This document shows positions 37,198-47,743 of a DNA stretch of 64,000 nt, in pieces (within the stretch, counting starts at the first letter, position 1; each line of letters starts with the position of its first letter). The DNA lies in contig CABWKN010000093.1 in NCBI GenBank assembly GCA_902505605.1, positions 266 to 64,265 on the forward strand. The letters run 5' to 3'. Source of the stretch: Candidatus Guanabacterium sedimentis. Its GTDB lineage: Bacteria > Acidobacteriota > B3-B38 > Guanabaribacteriales > B3-B38. Under the pieces are notes generated by a model that was not told the DNA's origin, did not search any database, and was given only the letters and a program-made list of their open reading frames with translations. The position numbers and the translations under genes are program-made.

Positions 37198-38514
37198 ATG
37201 AAGAGAGAAAAAGAGCTTTCGCCTGAAGATAAAATGGGGGAGCTGGTCTCCCTTTGCAAGCGCCGGGGGTTTGTGTTTCAGAGCAGCGAGATCTACGGAG
37301 GATTGACCGGCTTCTGGGATTATGGACCTCTGGGGGTGATACTGAAAAAGAAAATATGCGACCATTGGTGGGAGAGTCTGGTCTATCGCCGCGATGATAT
37401 CGTGGGGCTGGATAGTTCTATTATAGCCCATCCTAAGGTGTGGGAAGCTTCGGGGCATGTGGAGTGCTTCCACGACCTGATGGTCGACTGCAAGGAGTGC
37501 AAAAAGCGCTTTCGCACAGACCAGGTCAGTGGTGATAAATGCCCCGAATGCGGCGGCGAGTTGACCACTCCGCGGCAGTTCAACCTGATGTTTCAAACGC
37601 ATGTAGGACCTTCCTCTGATACCCAATCGCTGAGCTACCTGAGACCGGAGACAGCGCAGTCCATCTTCACCAATTTCAAAAACATCCTTGCCAGCTCACG
37701 GCAGAAGCTTCCTTTCGGAGTTGCCCAGATAGGAAAGGCTTTCCGTAATGAGGTTACCCCACGGAATTTCATTTTTCGCTCCCGAGAATTCGACCAGATG
37801 GAGATGGAATATTTCATCAATGCCCAGGAGAGCAAAAGGTGGTTCGATTACTGGGTTCAGGATAGGTTCAACTGGTACATGGAGCTGGGAATAAAGAAGG
37901 AGAAGCTGAGGCTGCGACCCCATTCCAAGGATGAGTTAGCCCACTACGCCAGAGAGTGCGTGGATGTTGAATACAACTTCCCCTTCGGCTGGCAGGAGCT
38001 GGAGGGGATTGCCGACCGAGGGGATTTCGACCTCAAGCAACACATAAATTGCTCCAAGAAGGACCTCACTTATTACGATGATGAGACCAAGGAGAGGTTT
38101 ATTCCAGCAGTTATTGAAACCTCAGCCGGGGTGGACAGGACATTTCTCACGGTTCTGGTCGATGCATTTCATGTAGAGGAGCTGGAGAACGGGGAGGTGC
38201 GAAACCTCCTCAGTTTAAATCCTAAGTTAGCTCCTGTAGAAGTAGCGGTGTTTCCTCTGGTAAAGAAGCTCAGGGAACCGACCATCAAACTCGAGCGAGA
38301 GCTCAAGAAGGAGTTCAAGACATTCTACGATGAGAAAGGAGCCATCGGTCGCCTCTACCGGCGTCAGGATGAGATAGGAACTCCTTATTGTATTACCTTT
38401 GACTTCCAGTCCCTGGAAGATAATGCGGTCACTGTGAGAGACCGGGATACCATGCTTCAGGACCGGGTGCCCATAGAAAAACTGAAAGATTACCTCGGGG
38501 AACGCCTGAAATAA
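37198..38514 (+). CDS. glyQS: Glycine--tRNA ligase, homodimeric alpha2 type
   Basis: KRRGF, WDYGPLG, YLRPETAQ, FRNEVTPRNFIFRSREF, LAHYA, YRRQDEIGTP. Confidence 0.97.
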   Translation: MKREKELSPEDKMGELVSLCKRRGFVFQSSEIYGGLTGFWDYGPLGVILKKKICDHWWESLVYRRDDIVGLDSSIIAHPKVWEASGHVECFHDLMVDCKECKKRFRTDQVSGDKCPECGGELTTPRQFNLMFQTHVGPSSDTQSLSYLRPETAQSIFTNFKNILASSRQKLPFGVAQIGKAFRNEVTPRNFIFRSREFDQMEMEYFINAQESKRWFDYWVQDRFNWYMELGIKKEKLRLRPHSKDELAHYARECVDVEYNFPFGWQELEGIADRGDFDLKQHINCSKKDLTYYDDETKERFIPAVIETSAGVDRTFLTVLVDAFHVEELENGEVRNLLSLNPKLAPVEVAVFPLVKKLREPTIKLERELKKEFKTFYDEKGAIGRLYRRQDEIGTPYCITFDFQSLEDNAVTVRDRDTMLQDRVPIEKLKDYLGERLK

Positions 38515-40154
38515 TGGAATATTTCATCACCTATAACAACCTTCCCCGAATCCCTCGGCTCTTTGCAGATTATATTTATAATTTTCCGAAGGTAAAGCAT
38601 TATTACGGGGGAAATCGCTATCTTATAGACAGCTCCTGGGAAAACCTTTATGAATCCATCTCCTCAAAAGGCTTAACCAGGAAAGAGGTCGCTCGGGTTC
38701 TTCAAGAGCAGAATAAAAAATGGGGAGCCAAACAGAAGGTGTTGGATAACATCGCACATTTGGAGATGGAAGATACCGTTGCCGTGGTGAGCGGTCAGCA
38801 GGTCGGTCTGTTGCTCAATCCTCTCTATACCCTGTATAAAGCTCTCACTGCCATAAAGTTAGCGGCGGAATTGAGGGAGAGATTTAAATGGAGAGTGGTC
38901 CCCATCTTCTGGATGGAAGCAGAGGATCACGACCTGTCGGAGGTTAATTCCCTGAGCTTCATTGACAGCCAGAATCGCCCTGTAAGGTTAGCGCTTGAGA
39001 ATCCCTTCAGAGAAGGAAAGAGGTCAGTGGGTGAGCTGCACCTGGGAGAACAGATAGAATTGCTCCTCAAGAGGCTCAATACCTTGGTGCCCGAAACCGA
39101 GTTCAAGCCCGAACTCTGGAAAAAGATGGTCACCTTTTACAACTCCGAAGAGACTTTCTCCTCTTCCTTTGCCAGGCTTATGACCCATTTATTCAGGGGC
39201 TACGGGTTAGTAATCGTCGACCCTTCCAATGAAAAGCTTAAAGCCTTGGCGCGTCCTTTATTTGCCAGAGTGATTGATAACTTTGCTGAATTGACCAATA
39301 TTCTGGCGAATCGCAACAAGGAGCTTCTTCAAGCTGGCTATCCCCTTCAGGTTAACCTGCAGGACCTATCACATAATACCTGCCTGTTTATCAATATTGA
39401 AGGAGAGAAATACTCCCTGCTAAAGAATAATGATGGCTTCTCTCCCAGGGGGAGAGAAGAGGCTTACAGCCGAGAGGAACTGCTCCTGCTGCTGGAGAAA
39501 AGCCCTGAGCAATTCATCCCCAATGTGGTCTTGCGTCCTCTTTTTCAGGACTCTCTCTTTCCTACCATAGCCTATGTGGCAGGACCGTCGGAGGTTGCTT
39601 ATTTCGCCCAACTACAGCCTCTCTATCCGCTTTTTGAACTTCCTATGCCGGTCATCTTCCCCAGGAGTAGCTTCACCGTGGTGGAGCAGAAGGTTAAAAG
39701 AGTGCTGGACAGGTTCGGTCTGAGCTTCAGCCACTTATTGGCGGGGAGAGCGCAAGTGATTGAGAAAATTATGCCTCCTGCAGAGGTCAATCCCCAGGAA
39801 GACCCCTTCCCCACGGTTTATCAGAAGATGGAGGCTATCTTAAATGAGTTGAGAACGCATCTCCAGCAAACCGACCCCACCTTGGTTGGGGCTTTAGAGA
39901 AGAGCTGGCAGAAGATCAGCTATCAGCTAAACCACCTGGCAGGAAGATACCGCCGGGCTCTTCTTCAGAGACACAAAATACTGCTCCATCAGATAGATAA
40001 GGTTTTCAATAACCTCTTTCCTTATGACCAATTGCAGGAAAGAACAATCAATCCTTTTTATTACCTTTTCCGCTATGGAGAGTCTTTTCTTCAATTAATA
40101 TATGAGGAAATAGGCTTTAAACGCTTTGACCATAAAATAGTATACCTCGGCTGA
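38514..40154 (+). CDS. bshC: Bacillithiol biosynthesis cysteine-adding enzyme
   Basis: VVSGQQVGL, PIFWMEAEDHD, PNVVLRPL.QD, YVAGPSEVAYFAQ, LQER. Confidence 0.94.
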   Translation: MEYFITYNNLPRIPRLFADYIYNFPKVKHYYGGNRYLIDSSWENLYESISSKGLTRKEVARVLQEQNKKWGAKQKVLDNIAHLEMEDTVAVVSGQQVGLLLNPLYTLYKALTAIKLAAELRERFKWRVVPIFWMEAEDHDLSEVNSLSFIDSQNRPVRLALENPFREGKRSVGELHLGEQIELLLKRLNTLVPETEFKPELWKKMVTFYNSEETFSSSFARLMTHLFRGYGLVIVDPSNEKLKALARPLFARVIDNFAELTNILANRNKELLQAGYPLQVNLQDLSHNTCLFINIEGEKYSLLKNNDGFSPRGREEAYSREELLLLLEKSPEQFIPNVVLRPLFQDSLFPTIAYVAGPSEVAYFAQLQPLYPLFELPMPVIFPRSSFTVVEQKVKRVLDRFGLSFSHLLAGRAQVIEKIMPPAEVNPQEDPFPTVYQKMEAILNELRTHLQQTDPTLVGALEKSWQKISYQLNHLAGRYRRALLQRHKILLHQIDKVFNNLFPYDQLQERTINPFYYLFRYGESFLQLIYEEIGFKRFDHKIVYLG

Positions 40155-40168
40155 AGGGGGACAGGATA

Positions 40169-40906
40169 ATGGAGTTAGATATTTTAGCCTTTGCCGCACA
40201 TCCGGACGATATTGAACTCACTTGCAGCGGAACCATAATCAAATCTGTGAAAAAGGGCTACCGTGTTGGGGTAGTTGACCTTACCCGAGGCGAGCTGGGA
40301 ACAAGGGGTACCGCTGAGCAGCGTAAAGTAGAGGCAGCTCAGGCAGCGGACATAATGGGCTTATCGGTGAGAGAGAATTTAGGGTTGCCCGATGGTAATA
40401 TTGAGATTAACAGGGAAAACAAACTGAAGGTTATTCGCCTTCTCCGTAGCTACCGTCCCCTTTTAATCTTAGTCCCTTACTGGAGGTGCCGACACTACGA
40501 CCATGCGCACTGCAGCCAGCTGGTCAGCGAAGCTGCTTTTTATTCGGGACTGGTAAAAATAGATACCGGGGAACCGCCATTCCGCCCCAAGAGGGTTGTC
40601 TATTATCGCTGTCGTTCCGAGTTTACCCCCTCCTTTGTGGTGGATATTACTCCCTATTTTCCTCTCAAATGGAAGGCTATAATGGCTTATAAATCCCAGT
40701 TCTCAAAAGAGTCTACGGAGACCGGGGTGGTTGATACCGGCTATTTTTTAGAGACCATAAAGAATCTCTCCCGCTATTACGGTTCTCTTATCGGGGTGGA
40801 GTATGGGGAGCCTTTCATTGTTAAGGAGGCGCTGGAGGTGGAAGACCCGGTCGACTTTTTCCGAAACATCTCCCCGGAGAGGGTTTTCAACACCCCCGGG
40901 AGATGA
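40169..40906 (+). CDS. bshB1: Bacillithiol biosynthesis deacetylase
   Basis: AHPDDIEL, DLTRGELGTRG, RHYDH PIG-L motifs; between bshC and bshA. Confidence 0.92.
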   Translation: MELDILAFAAHPDDIELTCSGTIIKSVKKGYRVGVVDLTRGELGTRGTAEQRKVEAAQAADIMGLSVRENLGLPDGNIEINRENKLKVIRLLRSYRPLLILVPYWRCRHYDHAHCSQLVSEAAFYSGLVKIDTGEPPFRPKRVVYYRCRSEFTPSFVVDITPYFPLKWKAIMAYKSQFSKESTETGVVDTGYFLETIKNLSRYYGSLIGVEYGEPFIVKEALEVEDPVDFFRNISPERVFNTPGR

Positions 40907-40927
40907 GAGAGGGGGAGCATTGGCAGG

Positions 40928-42064
40928 ATGAACCTGGGGATAGTTTGCTATCCAACCTATGGAGGAAGCGGGGTCATAGCCACCGAGCTGGGTCAGGAAA
41001 TGGCACGGCGAGGTCATTATGTTCACTTTATTAGCTGCTCCATTCCCCAGCGGCTTAATAGCTTCCAAGAGAGGGTTTGCTTTCACGAGGTGGAGGTGCC
41101 GACCTACCCTCTGTTTCAGTATCCCCCTTATTCTTTAGCTCTGGCCACCAAAATAGCCGAAGTGGCAGAGTATAGAAAGCTTGAACTGCTGCATGTTCAT
41201 TACGCTATCCCCCATGCTACCAGCGCCTTTTTGGCTCGGGAGATCCCCCCTCCCAAGAAATTTAAGATAATCACCACTCTGCATGGGACCGATATCACCG
41301 TGGTAGGGAAAAACCCTTCCTACCTGCCGGTTGCCAGACTGAGTATGGAACAGAGCGATGGAATCACCGCAGTCTCTCATTATCTAAAGGAGACCACTAT
41401 TGAGAAGTTAGGCATCACCAAGGATATAGAGGTTGTTCCCAACTTTGTGGATACCGAGAATTTCCGCCGGAAATCGGTGCCCCCCTGTCCAAAAAGGGCT
41501 AAGGAAAAGGGGGAGAAGGTGATTATCCACATCTCCAACTTCCGTCCCTTAAAGCGGTTGGCGGATGTGGTAGAGGTGTTTTATCTTCTTCAGAAAGCCA
41601 TTCCTTGCCAGCTCCTTCTGGTGGGGGACGGACCGGAAAGGGCTAAAATAGAACAGCTGTGTCGACAGAAAGGGATTATCTCCTCGGTTCATTTCCTGGG
41701 GAAGCAAAACGCCATCACACAGCTGCTCAACAATAGCGACCTTATGTTGCTGCCCAGCGAAATTGAGAGCTTCGGTCTGGTTGCTCTGGAAGCCATGGCC
41801 TGCGAAGTGCCAGTGATTGCCACCCGAGTAGGGGGATTGCCTGAGGTGGTTATCCACGGCGAAGTAGGTTTCCTGTGCAATGTGGGTGATATTCAAACTA
41901 TGTATGACTATTCTCTTCAGCTGCTTCAAAATGAGCCTCTCAGAAGGGAGATGGGGTCGAAGGGAAGGAAGAGGGTGTTGGACTATTTTTCCTTAAAATC
42001 TGTTGTCGACCGATACGAGCAATATTACTTTTGTATTTTACATAAGACAAAAGAAGAGGAATAA
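40928..42064 (+). CDS. bshA: N-acetyl-alpha-D-glucosaminyl L-malate synthase
   Basis: [64 protein letters not shown]. Confidence 0.96.
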   Translation: MNLGIVCYPTYGGSGVIATELGQEMARRGHYVHFISCSIPQRLNSFQERVCFHEVEVPTYPLFQYPPYSLALATKIAEVAEYRKLELLHVHYAIPHATSAFLAREIPPPKKFKIITTLHGTDITVVGKNPSYLPVARLSMEQSDGITAVSHYLKETTIEKLGITKDIEVVPNFVDTENFRRKSVPPCPKRAKEKGEKVIIHISNFRPLKRLADVVEVFYLLQKAIPCQLLLVGDGPERAKIEQLCRQKGIISSVHFLGKQNAITQLLNNSDLMLLPSEIESFGLVALEAMACEVPVIATRVGGLPEVVIHGEVGFLCNVGDIQTMYDYSLQLLQNEPLRREMGSKGRKRVLDYFSLKSVVDRYEQYYFCILHKTKEEE

Positions 42065-42125
42065 CCTTTTATTAGTGGTTCTGTAAAGTTAAAGCATCCG
42101 ATTTAAAAAGGGAGAGGGTAGACCG

Positions 42126-43658
42126 ATGCCAAAGTTTTATCTCACCACTGCCATTGATTATGTGAACAGCAAGCCGCACTTGGGCACTGCCTACGAGAAG
42201 ATTGCTGCCGATGTTGTCGCCCGCTATAAGAGGCTTATGGGCTACGATACTTATTTCCTCATGGGCAATGACGAGCACAGTCAGAATGTAGCCGCCCGGG
42301 CGAAGGAAATGAAGCTCGATGTGATGGACTATTGCGACCAAATGGAGGAGGAATTTCGCCGGACCTGGGAGATACTGCACATATCATTCGATGATTTCAT
42401 CCGCACCACTGACCCTCGCCATATCTCAACGGTCAACGAGCTGCTGCAAAGGATTCACCAGAGGGGGGACATTTATAAGGGAAAATACCAGGGGTGGTAT
42501 TGCATCTCCTGCGAGGCTTTCTACCAGAGCAAAGATTTAATCGATGGTAAGTGTCCTTCACATGGCACAGTTCCCAGCTGGATATCAGAGGAAAACTATT
42601 TCTTCTCCCTTTCAAAATACAGAGAACAGCTGTTGCACCATATAGCGGAGCGTCCCGAATTTGTCCTCCCAGAAGTAAGGCGAAACGAGATAGTGAGCGT
42701 GCTAAAGAGTGGACTTGAAGATATAAGCATTTCCCGTTCGGGAACTCCCTGGGGGATACTTTTGCCCTTTGACAATAAAAGCGTGGTCTATGTCTGGTTC
42801 GATGCCCTGATAAACTATATTTCCGGAGTAGGCTTTAGCGACGACTCCGAAAAATATCGCAGGTATTGGCCTGCCGACCTTCACATCATCGGAAAGGATA
42901 TAACCCGCTTTCATTGCATCATCTGGCCCGCTATGTTGCTCAGTGCCAACATCCCCCTCCCGAAGTCCATTTTCGGACACGGCTTCGTAAAGCTCCGGGG
43001 CGAGAAGATGAGCAAAACTACCGGTACCATACTCGACCCCCTCCGATTATCCGAAGCCTATGGTGCCGACCCTCTCAGGTATTTTCTCATTAGCGAAATC
43101 CCCTTCGACAGGGACGGAGACTTCTCCCTTGAACGCTTTAAAGAGAGATTCAACTCCGACCTGGCTAACGATTACGGCAACCTGGTCTCCCGAAGCCTGA
43201 CTATGGTCGACAGATATCAAAAGGGGAGGGTTATTCTTCCTACCAGGACTGCTGATGATACCTACCTCCAGGAGATAGCCGAGGGTTTGTTATCTCGCTA
43301 CCAGCAAGCGATGGAGAGCTATCAGCTCCACCAGGGGGTCAGGGTTGCCTGGGAGCTGATTCGGGGAGCCAACCTGTACATTGATAGCCAGAAGCCCTGG
43401 TTATTAGCCAAGGATACCTCGAAAAGCGGGAGATTAGCCGAAGTTCTCTTCAATCTAATAGAAGCCATCAGACAGGTCACCGTCCTGCTGAAGCCGATAA
43501 TGCCAGTGAAGACCAGAGAAGTATGGCATCAGTTAGCACTGGCATCCGATTTCGAAAAAGTAACTTTCAAGGAGCTGGAGGAATGGGGGAAAATTCCTTC
43601 AGATACTGTGGTAAAACCCGGACAAGCTCTCTTCCCCAGAATTGAGGAAAGAGAATAG
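42126..43658 (+). CDS. metG: Methionine--tRNA ligase (short form, no C-terminal Trbp domain)
   Basis: YLTTAIDYVN..PHLG, DFIRTT, YVWFDAL, IGKDITRFH, KMSKT. Confidence 0.97.
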   Translation: MPKFYLTTAIDYVNSKPHLGTAYEKIAADVVARYKRLMGYDTYFLMGNDEHSQNVAARAKEMKLDVMDYCDQMEEEFRRTWEILHISFDDFIRTTDPRHISTVNELLQRIHQRGDIYKGKYQGWYCISCEAFYQSKDLIDGKCPSHGTVPSWISEENYFFSLSKYREQLLHHIAERPEFVLPEVRRNEIVSVLKSGLEDISISRSGTPWGILLPFDNKSVVYVWFDALINYISGVGFSDDSEKYRRYWPADLHIIGKDITRFHCIIWPAMLLSANIPLPKSIFGHGFVKLRGEKMSKTTGTILDPLRLSEAYGADPLRYFLISEIPFDRDGDFSLERFKERFNSDLANDYGNLVSRSLTMVDRYQKGRVILPTRTADDTYLQEIAEGLLSRYQQAMESYQLHQGVRVAWELIRGANLYIDSQKPWLLAKDTSKSGRLAEVLFNLIEAIRQVTVLLKPIMPVKTREVWHQLALASDFEKVTFKELEEWGKIPSDTVVKPGQALFPRIEERE

Positions 43659-43742
43659 AGAGCATCCTGGTTGTCCGCTCGGATAAGGTATTAACAAACT
43701 AATCTATTCATTGCCAAGTTTTAAAAAGCAAAAGGATGGAGA

Positions 43743-44744
43743 TTGGCGGAAAAGAGGCTCAAGGTCTTAATAGCCATTTACCATAAGCTCTATCCCTGGA
43801 ATCTTCCAGAGAGCATGGTAACCTCACTGAGGGATGAGTTCACCTCGGTAGACATAGGGAGAGCTGGTAGCCAGGAAGAGCTGGAAGAAGGGATAAAGGA
43901 AGCAGATATCATTTTTGGTTGGAGACTGCCCAGAGAGGTTTTTTTGCGAGCACAAAGGCTGAAATGGGTCCATATAGCAGCCGCTGGGGTGGGTGGTAGC
44001 CTTCATAAGGAGATTATTGACAGCCCGGTTATACTGACCAATTGCCGGGGGATTCATTCCATCCCGGCTGCAGAGCATGCCATGAGCTTAATCCTCTCTC
44101 TGCTGCGCAAGCTGCCCTTAGCGGTTAAGTATCAAATAAAAAGAGAATGGGGGGCGGAGGAAATACTGGGAGGAGTAAACCAGTTTGATGAGCTCTATGG
44201 CAAGACCATGGGCATCATCGGGTTGGGGAGCATCGGGCGAGAAATATCCAGGAGGACTAAATGCTTCGGTATGAGAGTCATAGCCACTAAAAGGCATTCA
44301 CTCAGAGAGCTGCCAGAGGGAGTGGACAAGCTCCTTCCCCCAGAAGAGCTACCTCTGCTGCTGAAGGAGGCTGACTGGGTAGTGATATCTGTGCCTTTAA
44401 CATCCAGAACCCGTGGGTTGATAGGAGAGAAGGAGCTTGCGCTGATGAAGAGAAACGCTTATCTTATTAATATCAGCCGTGGTAAAATCATACAGGAGAA
44501 AGCTCTGATTAAAGCTCTTGAAGATGGGAAAATTGCGGGGGCTGCACTCGATGTCTTTGAGGAGGAGCCCCTCCTCCAGGAGAGCCCCCTCTACAGAATG
44601 GATAATGTCATTATAACCCCTCATGTCGCCGGGATAAGCCGATACTATTTCGAGCGGGCAGTGGATATATTCCGCTCTAATCTGAGCAAATATCTCAAGG
44701 GAGAAACGCTGATAAATATGGTCGATAAGAAAGAAGGTTATTAA
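43743..44744 (+). CDS. D-isomer-specific 2-hydroxyacid dehydrogenase
   Basis: GIIGLGSIG, INISRG, GAALDVFEEEPL, ITPHVAG. Confidence 0.93.
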   Translation: MAEKRLKVLIAIYHKLYPWNLPESMVTSLRDEFTSVDIGRAGSQEELEEGIKEADIIFGWRLPREVFLRAQRLKWVHIAAAGVGGSLHKEIIDSPVILTNCRGIHSIPAAEHAMSLILSLLRKLPLAVKYQIKREWGAEEILGGVNQFDELYGKTMGIIGLGSIGREISRRTKCFGMRVIATKRHSLRELPEGVDKLLPPEELPLLLKEADWVVISVPLTSRTRGLIGEKELALMKRNAYLINISRGKIIQEKALIKALEDGKIAGAALDVFEEEPLLQESPLYRMDNVIITPHVAGISRYYFERAVDIFRSNLSKYLKGETLINMVDKKEGY

Positions 44745-44812
44745 GGGAGAATAGGCTGAATGGTCTGTTTCCATACTATCAATGAAGTATCTGATAGGAG
44801 TGGAGGTTTGCT

Positions 44813-46225
44813 ATGATTTACTATCTGTATATCATTCTGCTCTACCTTCTGGTTCTGGTCGGGCTTAATATGTGGCGCGCTAAGAAGGTAAAAACCCAGG
44901 AGGACTTCATGGTTGCCGGTCGCAAACTCTCGCCCACGGTGATGGTATTCACCTTGATTTGCACCTGGATTGGCTCGGGTTCTTTTATTGCCGGGGCGGA
45001 GTTTGGTTTCGAGGCTGGTTGGTCTGCCCTTTGGTTGCCAGCGGGGGCTTGGTTTGGCATACTGGTTATTTACTTCATTTCAGGAAGAATCCGCAAATTC
45101 GGGCAATATACCATCGGTGATATACTGGAAGCTCGCTACAACAAGTGGGCCAGACTGTTTGGCAGTATTGCGGTCATTATATCCTTTACCGCCATTGTGA
45201 GCTATCAGTTTAGAGCGGGGGGCTACATTCTGAACATCGTTACCGGTGACAAAATTTCGGTAGGGGTCGGTCAACTGCTCGCAGCTGGCTTTGTAATTCT
45301 GTTTACTGCGCTGGCGGGGATGATTGCGGTTGCTTACACTGATGTGTCCAACGGGATTGTTATCGTTCTAGCTACCATTATCGCTGTTCCCTTCCTGCTG
45401 AGCTTTGTTGGCGGGTGGGCAGCACTGCCCGACAAGCTTCCTGCTGAGCATTTTGCACTTGTCAATGCCCAATTTGGAGAGCGACCCTTACTCAAAGCCC
45501 TTGGTTTCTTCTTCTCTACTTTCTTGCTTCTCCTTGGGGTCCAGAGTATGTATCAGAAGTTCTACTCCGCCCGCGATGCCAAAGCAGCCAAGCAATCGGT
45601 ATTGATGTGGATTGTCGGTGTGGTCATTGTGGAGACAGCGGTCATCGCCCTAGCGGTTGTTGGCAGGGCAGCGTTCCCATCATTAGAACGCCACGATACG
45701 GTTATCCTGCATGCGGCTGCCTATGGTCTGCCGATGATAGTTGGTGTTTTGCTTCTGGCGGCAGCCTGTGCTGTGGTGGTTTCTACGGGGAACAACTACC
45801 TTCTCAGCCCTGCTACCACGGTGATGAGAGATATCTATCAGCGCTTTATCAATCCCAAGGCTTCTCAGAGGAGGATGGTTATCCTTTCTAAGATTGTTGT
45901 TTTGGTATTAGGGGTGGTGGCCTTTATACTGGCTATGTATCTCACCTCGGTTCTGGAGATGGCATTCTTCGCATACACCATCTATGGGGTCGCTATTACT
46001 CCGGCTCTGATAGGGGCATTCCTCTGGAAGAGAGCCAATACAGCCGGAGGATTAACCTCTATTATCTCCGGCACCGTAGTTGCCCTTCTCTTGAAGAATT
46101 TTGGCGAACCCTTTGGTATTCCCCTTATATTCCCGGCTCTTGTCGTCTCCGTGGGGAGCTTTATCCTGGTGAGTCTTCTCACCTCGCCACCCAGAGAAGA
46201 GCAGCTGAAGCCATTTATGGATTAA
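44813..46225 (+). CDS. Sodium:solute symporter (SSS/PutP family)
   Basis: About 13 TM segments; DFMVAGR, TWIGSGS, GMIAVAYTD, YQKFYSAR, MRDIYQR. Confidence 0.92.
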   Translation: MIYYLYIILLYLLVLVGLNMWRAKKVKTQEDFMVAGRKLSPTVMVFTLICTWIGSGSFIAGAEFGFEAGWSALWLPAGAWFGILVIYFISGRIRKFGQYTIGDILEARYNKWARLFGSIAVIISFTAIVSYQFRAGGYILNIVTGDKISVGVGQLLAAGFVILFTALAGMIAVAYTDVSNGIVIVLATIIAVPFLLSFVGGWAALPDKLPAEHFALVNAQFGERPLLKALGFFFSTFLLLLGVQSMYQKFYSARDAKAAKQSVLMWIVGVVIVETAVIALAVVGRAAFPSLERHDTVILHAAAYGLPMIVGVLLLAAACAVVVSTGNNYLLSPATTVMRDIYQRFINPKASQRRMVILSKIVVLVLGVVAFILAMYLTSVLEMAFFAYTIYGVAITPALIGAFLWKRANTAGGLTSIISGTVVALLLKNFGEPFGIPLIFPALVVSVGSFILVSLLTSPPREEQLKPFMD

Positions 46226-46425
46226 AGAACCATATGGGTTATGGATATGAATTAATAACGAAAAACCTGCCCGGCGAATAGAAAGGCTGCATGATATGCC
46301 GGGCTGGCTTGACGATTGTATTAGACCGGAAGGAGGAGAAGCTGACAAATAGAAGCTAATAGCCAATCCGGAAAACGGGTGTTATGCCCTATGGTTAAAG
46401 TGTGTTTCACCGAGGAGGTCAATAT

Positions 46426-47661
46426 ATGCCTTTTAATAGAAGAAAATTCTTGCAATTAGCCGGAGAAGGCGCAGCCGGCATAGCACTTTTTAAATGGACA
46501 AACTTTCCTTCTTCCCTCCGTAGCAATCACCAAACAGAAGAGCCTTCGGGAAGCTTTGATCCCTGGCTGGAGATAGACCTCAACTATATGGCCTGGAACA
46601 TCTCCCAGCTCCGCAAATTCACCGGGGGGAAGCCGATTATGGCAGTTATTAAGGGAAACGCCTATGGACATGGTCTTGTCGGAGTGGGTAGATTTCTGGA
46701 GAAGCTGGAAGTTGCCGGCCTGATGGTAGGTAAGTATAGCGAAGCATTGAAGCTCAGAGAGGAGGGGGTGAAATGCCCCATCCTCAATATCGGTCCATTT
46801 TCCCAGCAGGAAGCGGAGGAGATTGTAAGGCTCGGCATCTCGCAATCTGTTTACAGCGACCGGGTGGAATACCTTATCGCCGCAGCCCGCCGCCAGGGAA
46901 AGAGAGCCCGCATTCACCTCAAAATAGATAGCGGTCTGGGGCGGGTAGGGATCCCCTATTACCGCGCACTCCCTCTGGTGGAGAAGGTAGCCTCTGCCGA
47001 TGAGCTCCTCATCGATGGGGCGTTTACCACTTTCAGCGAGGATGGGGAATTCGACCGCGAGCAGCTGAAGCGGTTCCTCCAGTTTTACCAGGAGGCAGCA
47101 AGCAAAGGGATACACCTGGGTTCAAGACACGCCGCCAGCAGTGCAGCAATTCTCTTTTTGCCCCAGGCTCATCTGGATATGGTACGTCCCGGCATCATGA
47201 TTTATGGTCACTACCCATCAGTTGAGGCTCAGCAAGAGAGGAAAGTTGAGTTAAAGCCGATTCTTCAGCTCAAAACAAAGGTGATTTATGTAAAGGAGCT
47301 TCGCCCGGGCGATTCTGTCTCCTATCATCGGGAGTATATCGCTCAGAAGAAGGAGATGATAGCTACTCTCCCCATCGGTTACACCGATGGCTATCCGCCG
47401 CAGGTTGCCGGCAAGGCAGAAGTGCTCATAAAAGGACTTAGGTTTCCGCTGGTGTCGCGAATCACAGCCAATCATATGACAATCAACCTCCAAGGGAGAA
47501 AGGATATCAATATCGGAGAAGAAGTAGTGCTTATCGGCACGCAGGGGAAGCTGGAATTAACCGCTGAGGAAGTAGCCGATTGGGCAGAGATTTCGATCTA
47601 TAAGCTACTCTGCGGTATGAGCCCACTTTTACCGAGGGTTTATATATATAAGACGCAATAA
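46426..47661 (+). CDS. alr: Alanine racemase-family PLP enzyme with predicted Tat signal
   Basis: MAVIKGNAYGHG (PLP Lys), HLKIDSGLGRVG, DMVRPGI, GDSVSY (catalytic Tyr), PIGYTDG; N-terminus MPFNRRKFLQLAGEGAAGIAL after a GAGGAGG RBS. Confidence 0.88.
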   Translation: MPFNRRKFLQLAGEGAAGIALFKWTNFPSSLRSNHQTEEPSGSFDPWLEIDLNYMAWNISQLRKFTGGKPIMAVIKGNAYGHGLVGVGRFLEKLEVAGLMVGKYSEALKLREEGVKCPILNIGPFSQQEAEEIVRLGISQSVYSDRVEYLIAAARRQGKRARIHLKIDSGLGRVGIPYYRALPLVEKVASADELLIDGAFTTFSEDGEFDREQLKRFLQFYQEAASKGIHLGSRHAASSAAILFLPQAHLDMVRPGIMIYGHYPSVEAQQERKVELKPILQLKTKVIYVKELRPGDSVSYHREYIAQKKEMIATLPIGYTDGYPPQVAGKAEVLIKGLRFPLVSRITANHMTINLQGRKDINIGEEVVLIGTQGKLELTAEEVADWAEISIYKLLCGMSPLLPRVYIYKTQ

Positions 47662-47743
47662 TCACCTGGCCATTTTTAAATAAGGAGAGAATTGATAAAG
47701 AGCTGAATTTTTTAGATAACCGAGCGTTTAGCTGGAGGGTTGT

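Noticed and set aside
46226..46425. Riboswitch upstream of the racemase (GCCCGGC/GCCGGGC stem at 46269-46304)
   Set aside because: One stem only; no glycine, lysine, TPP or SAM aptamer core recognised
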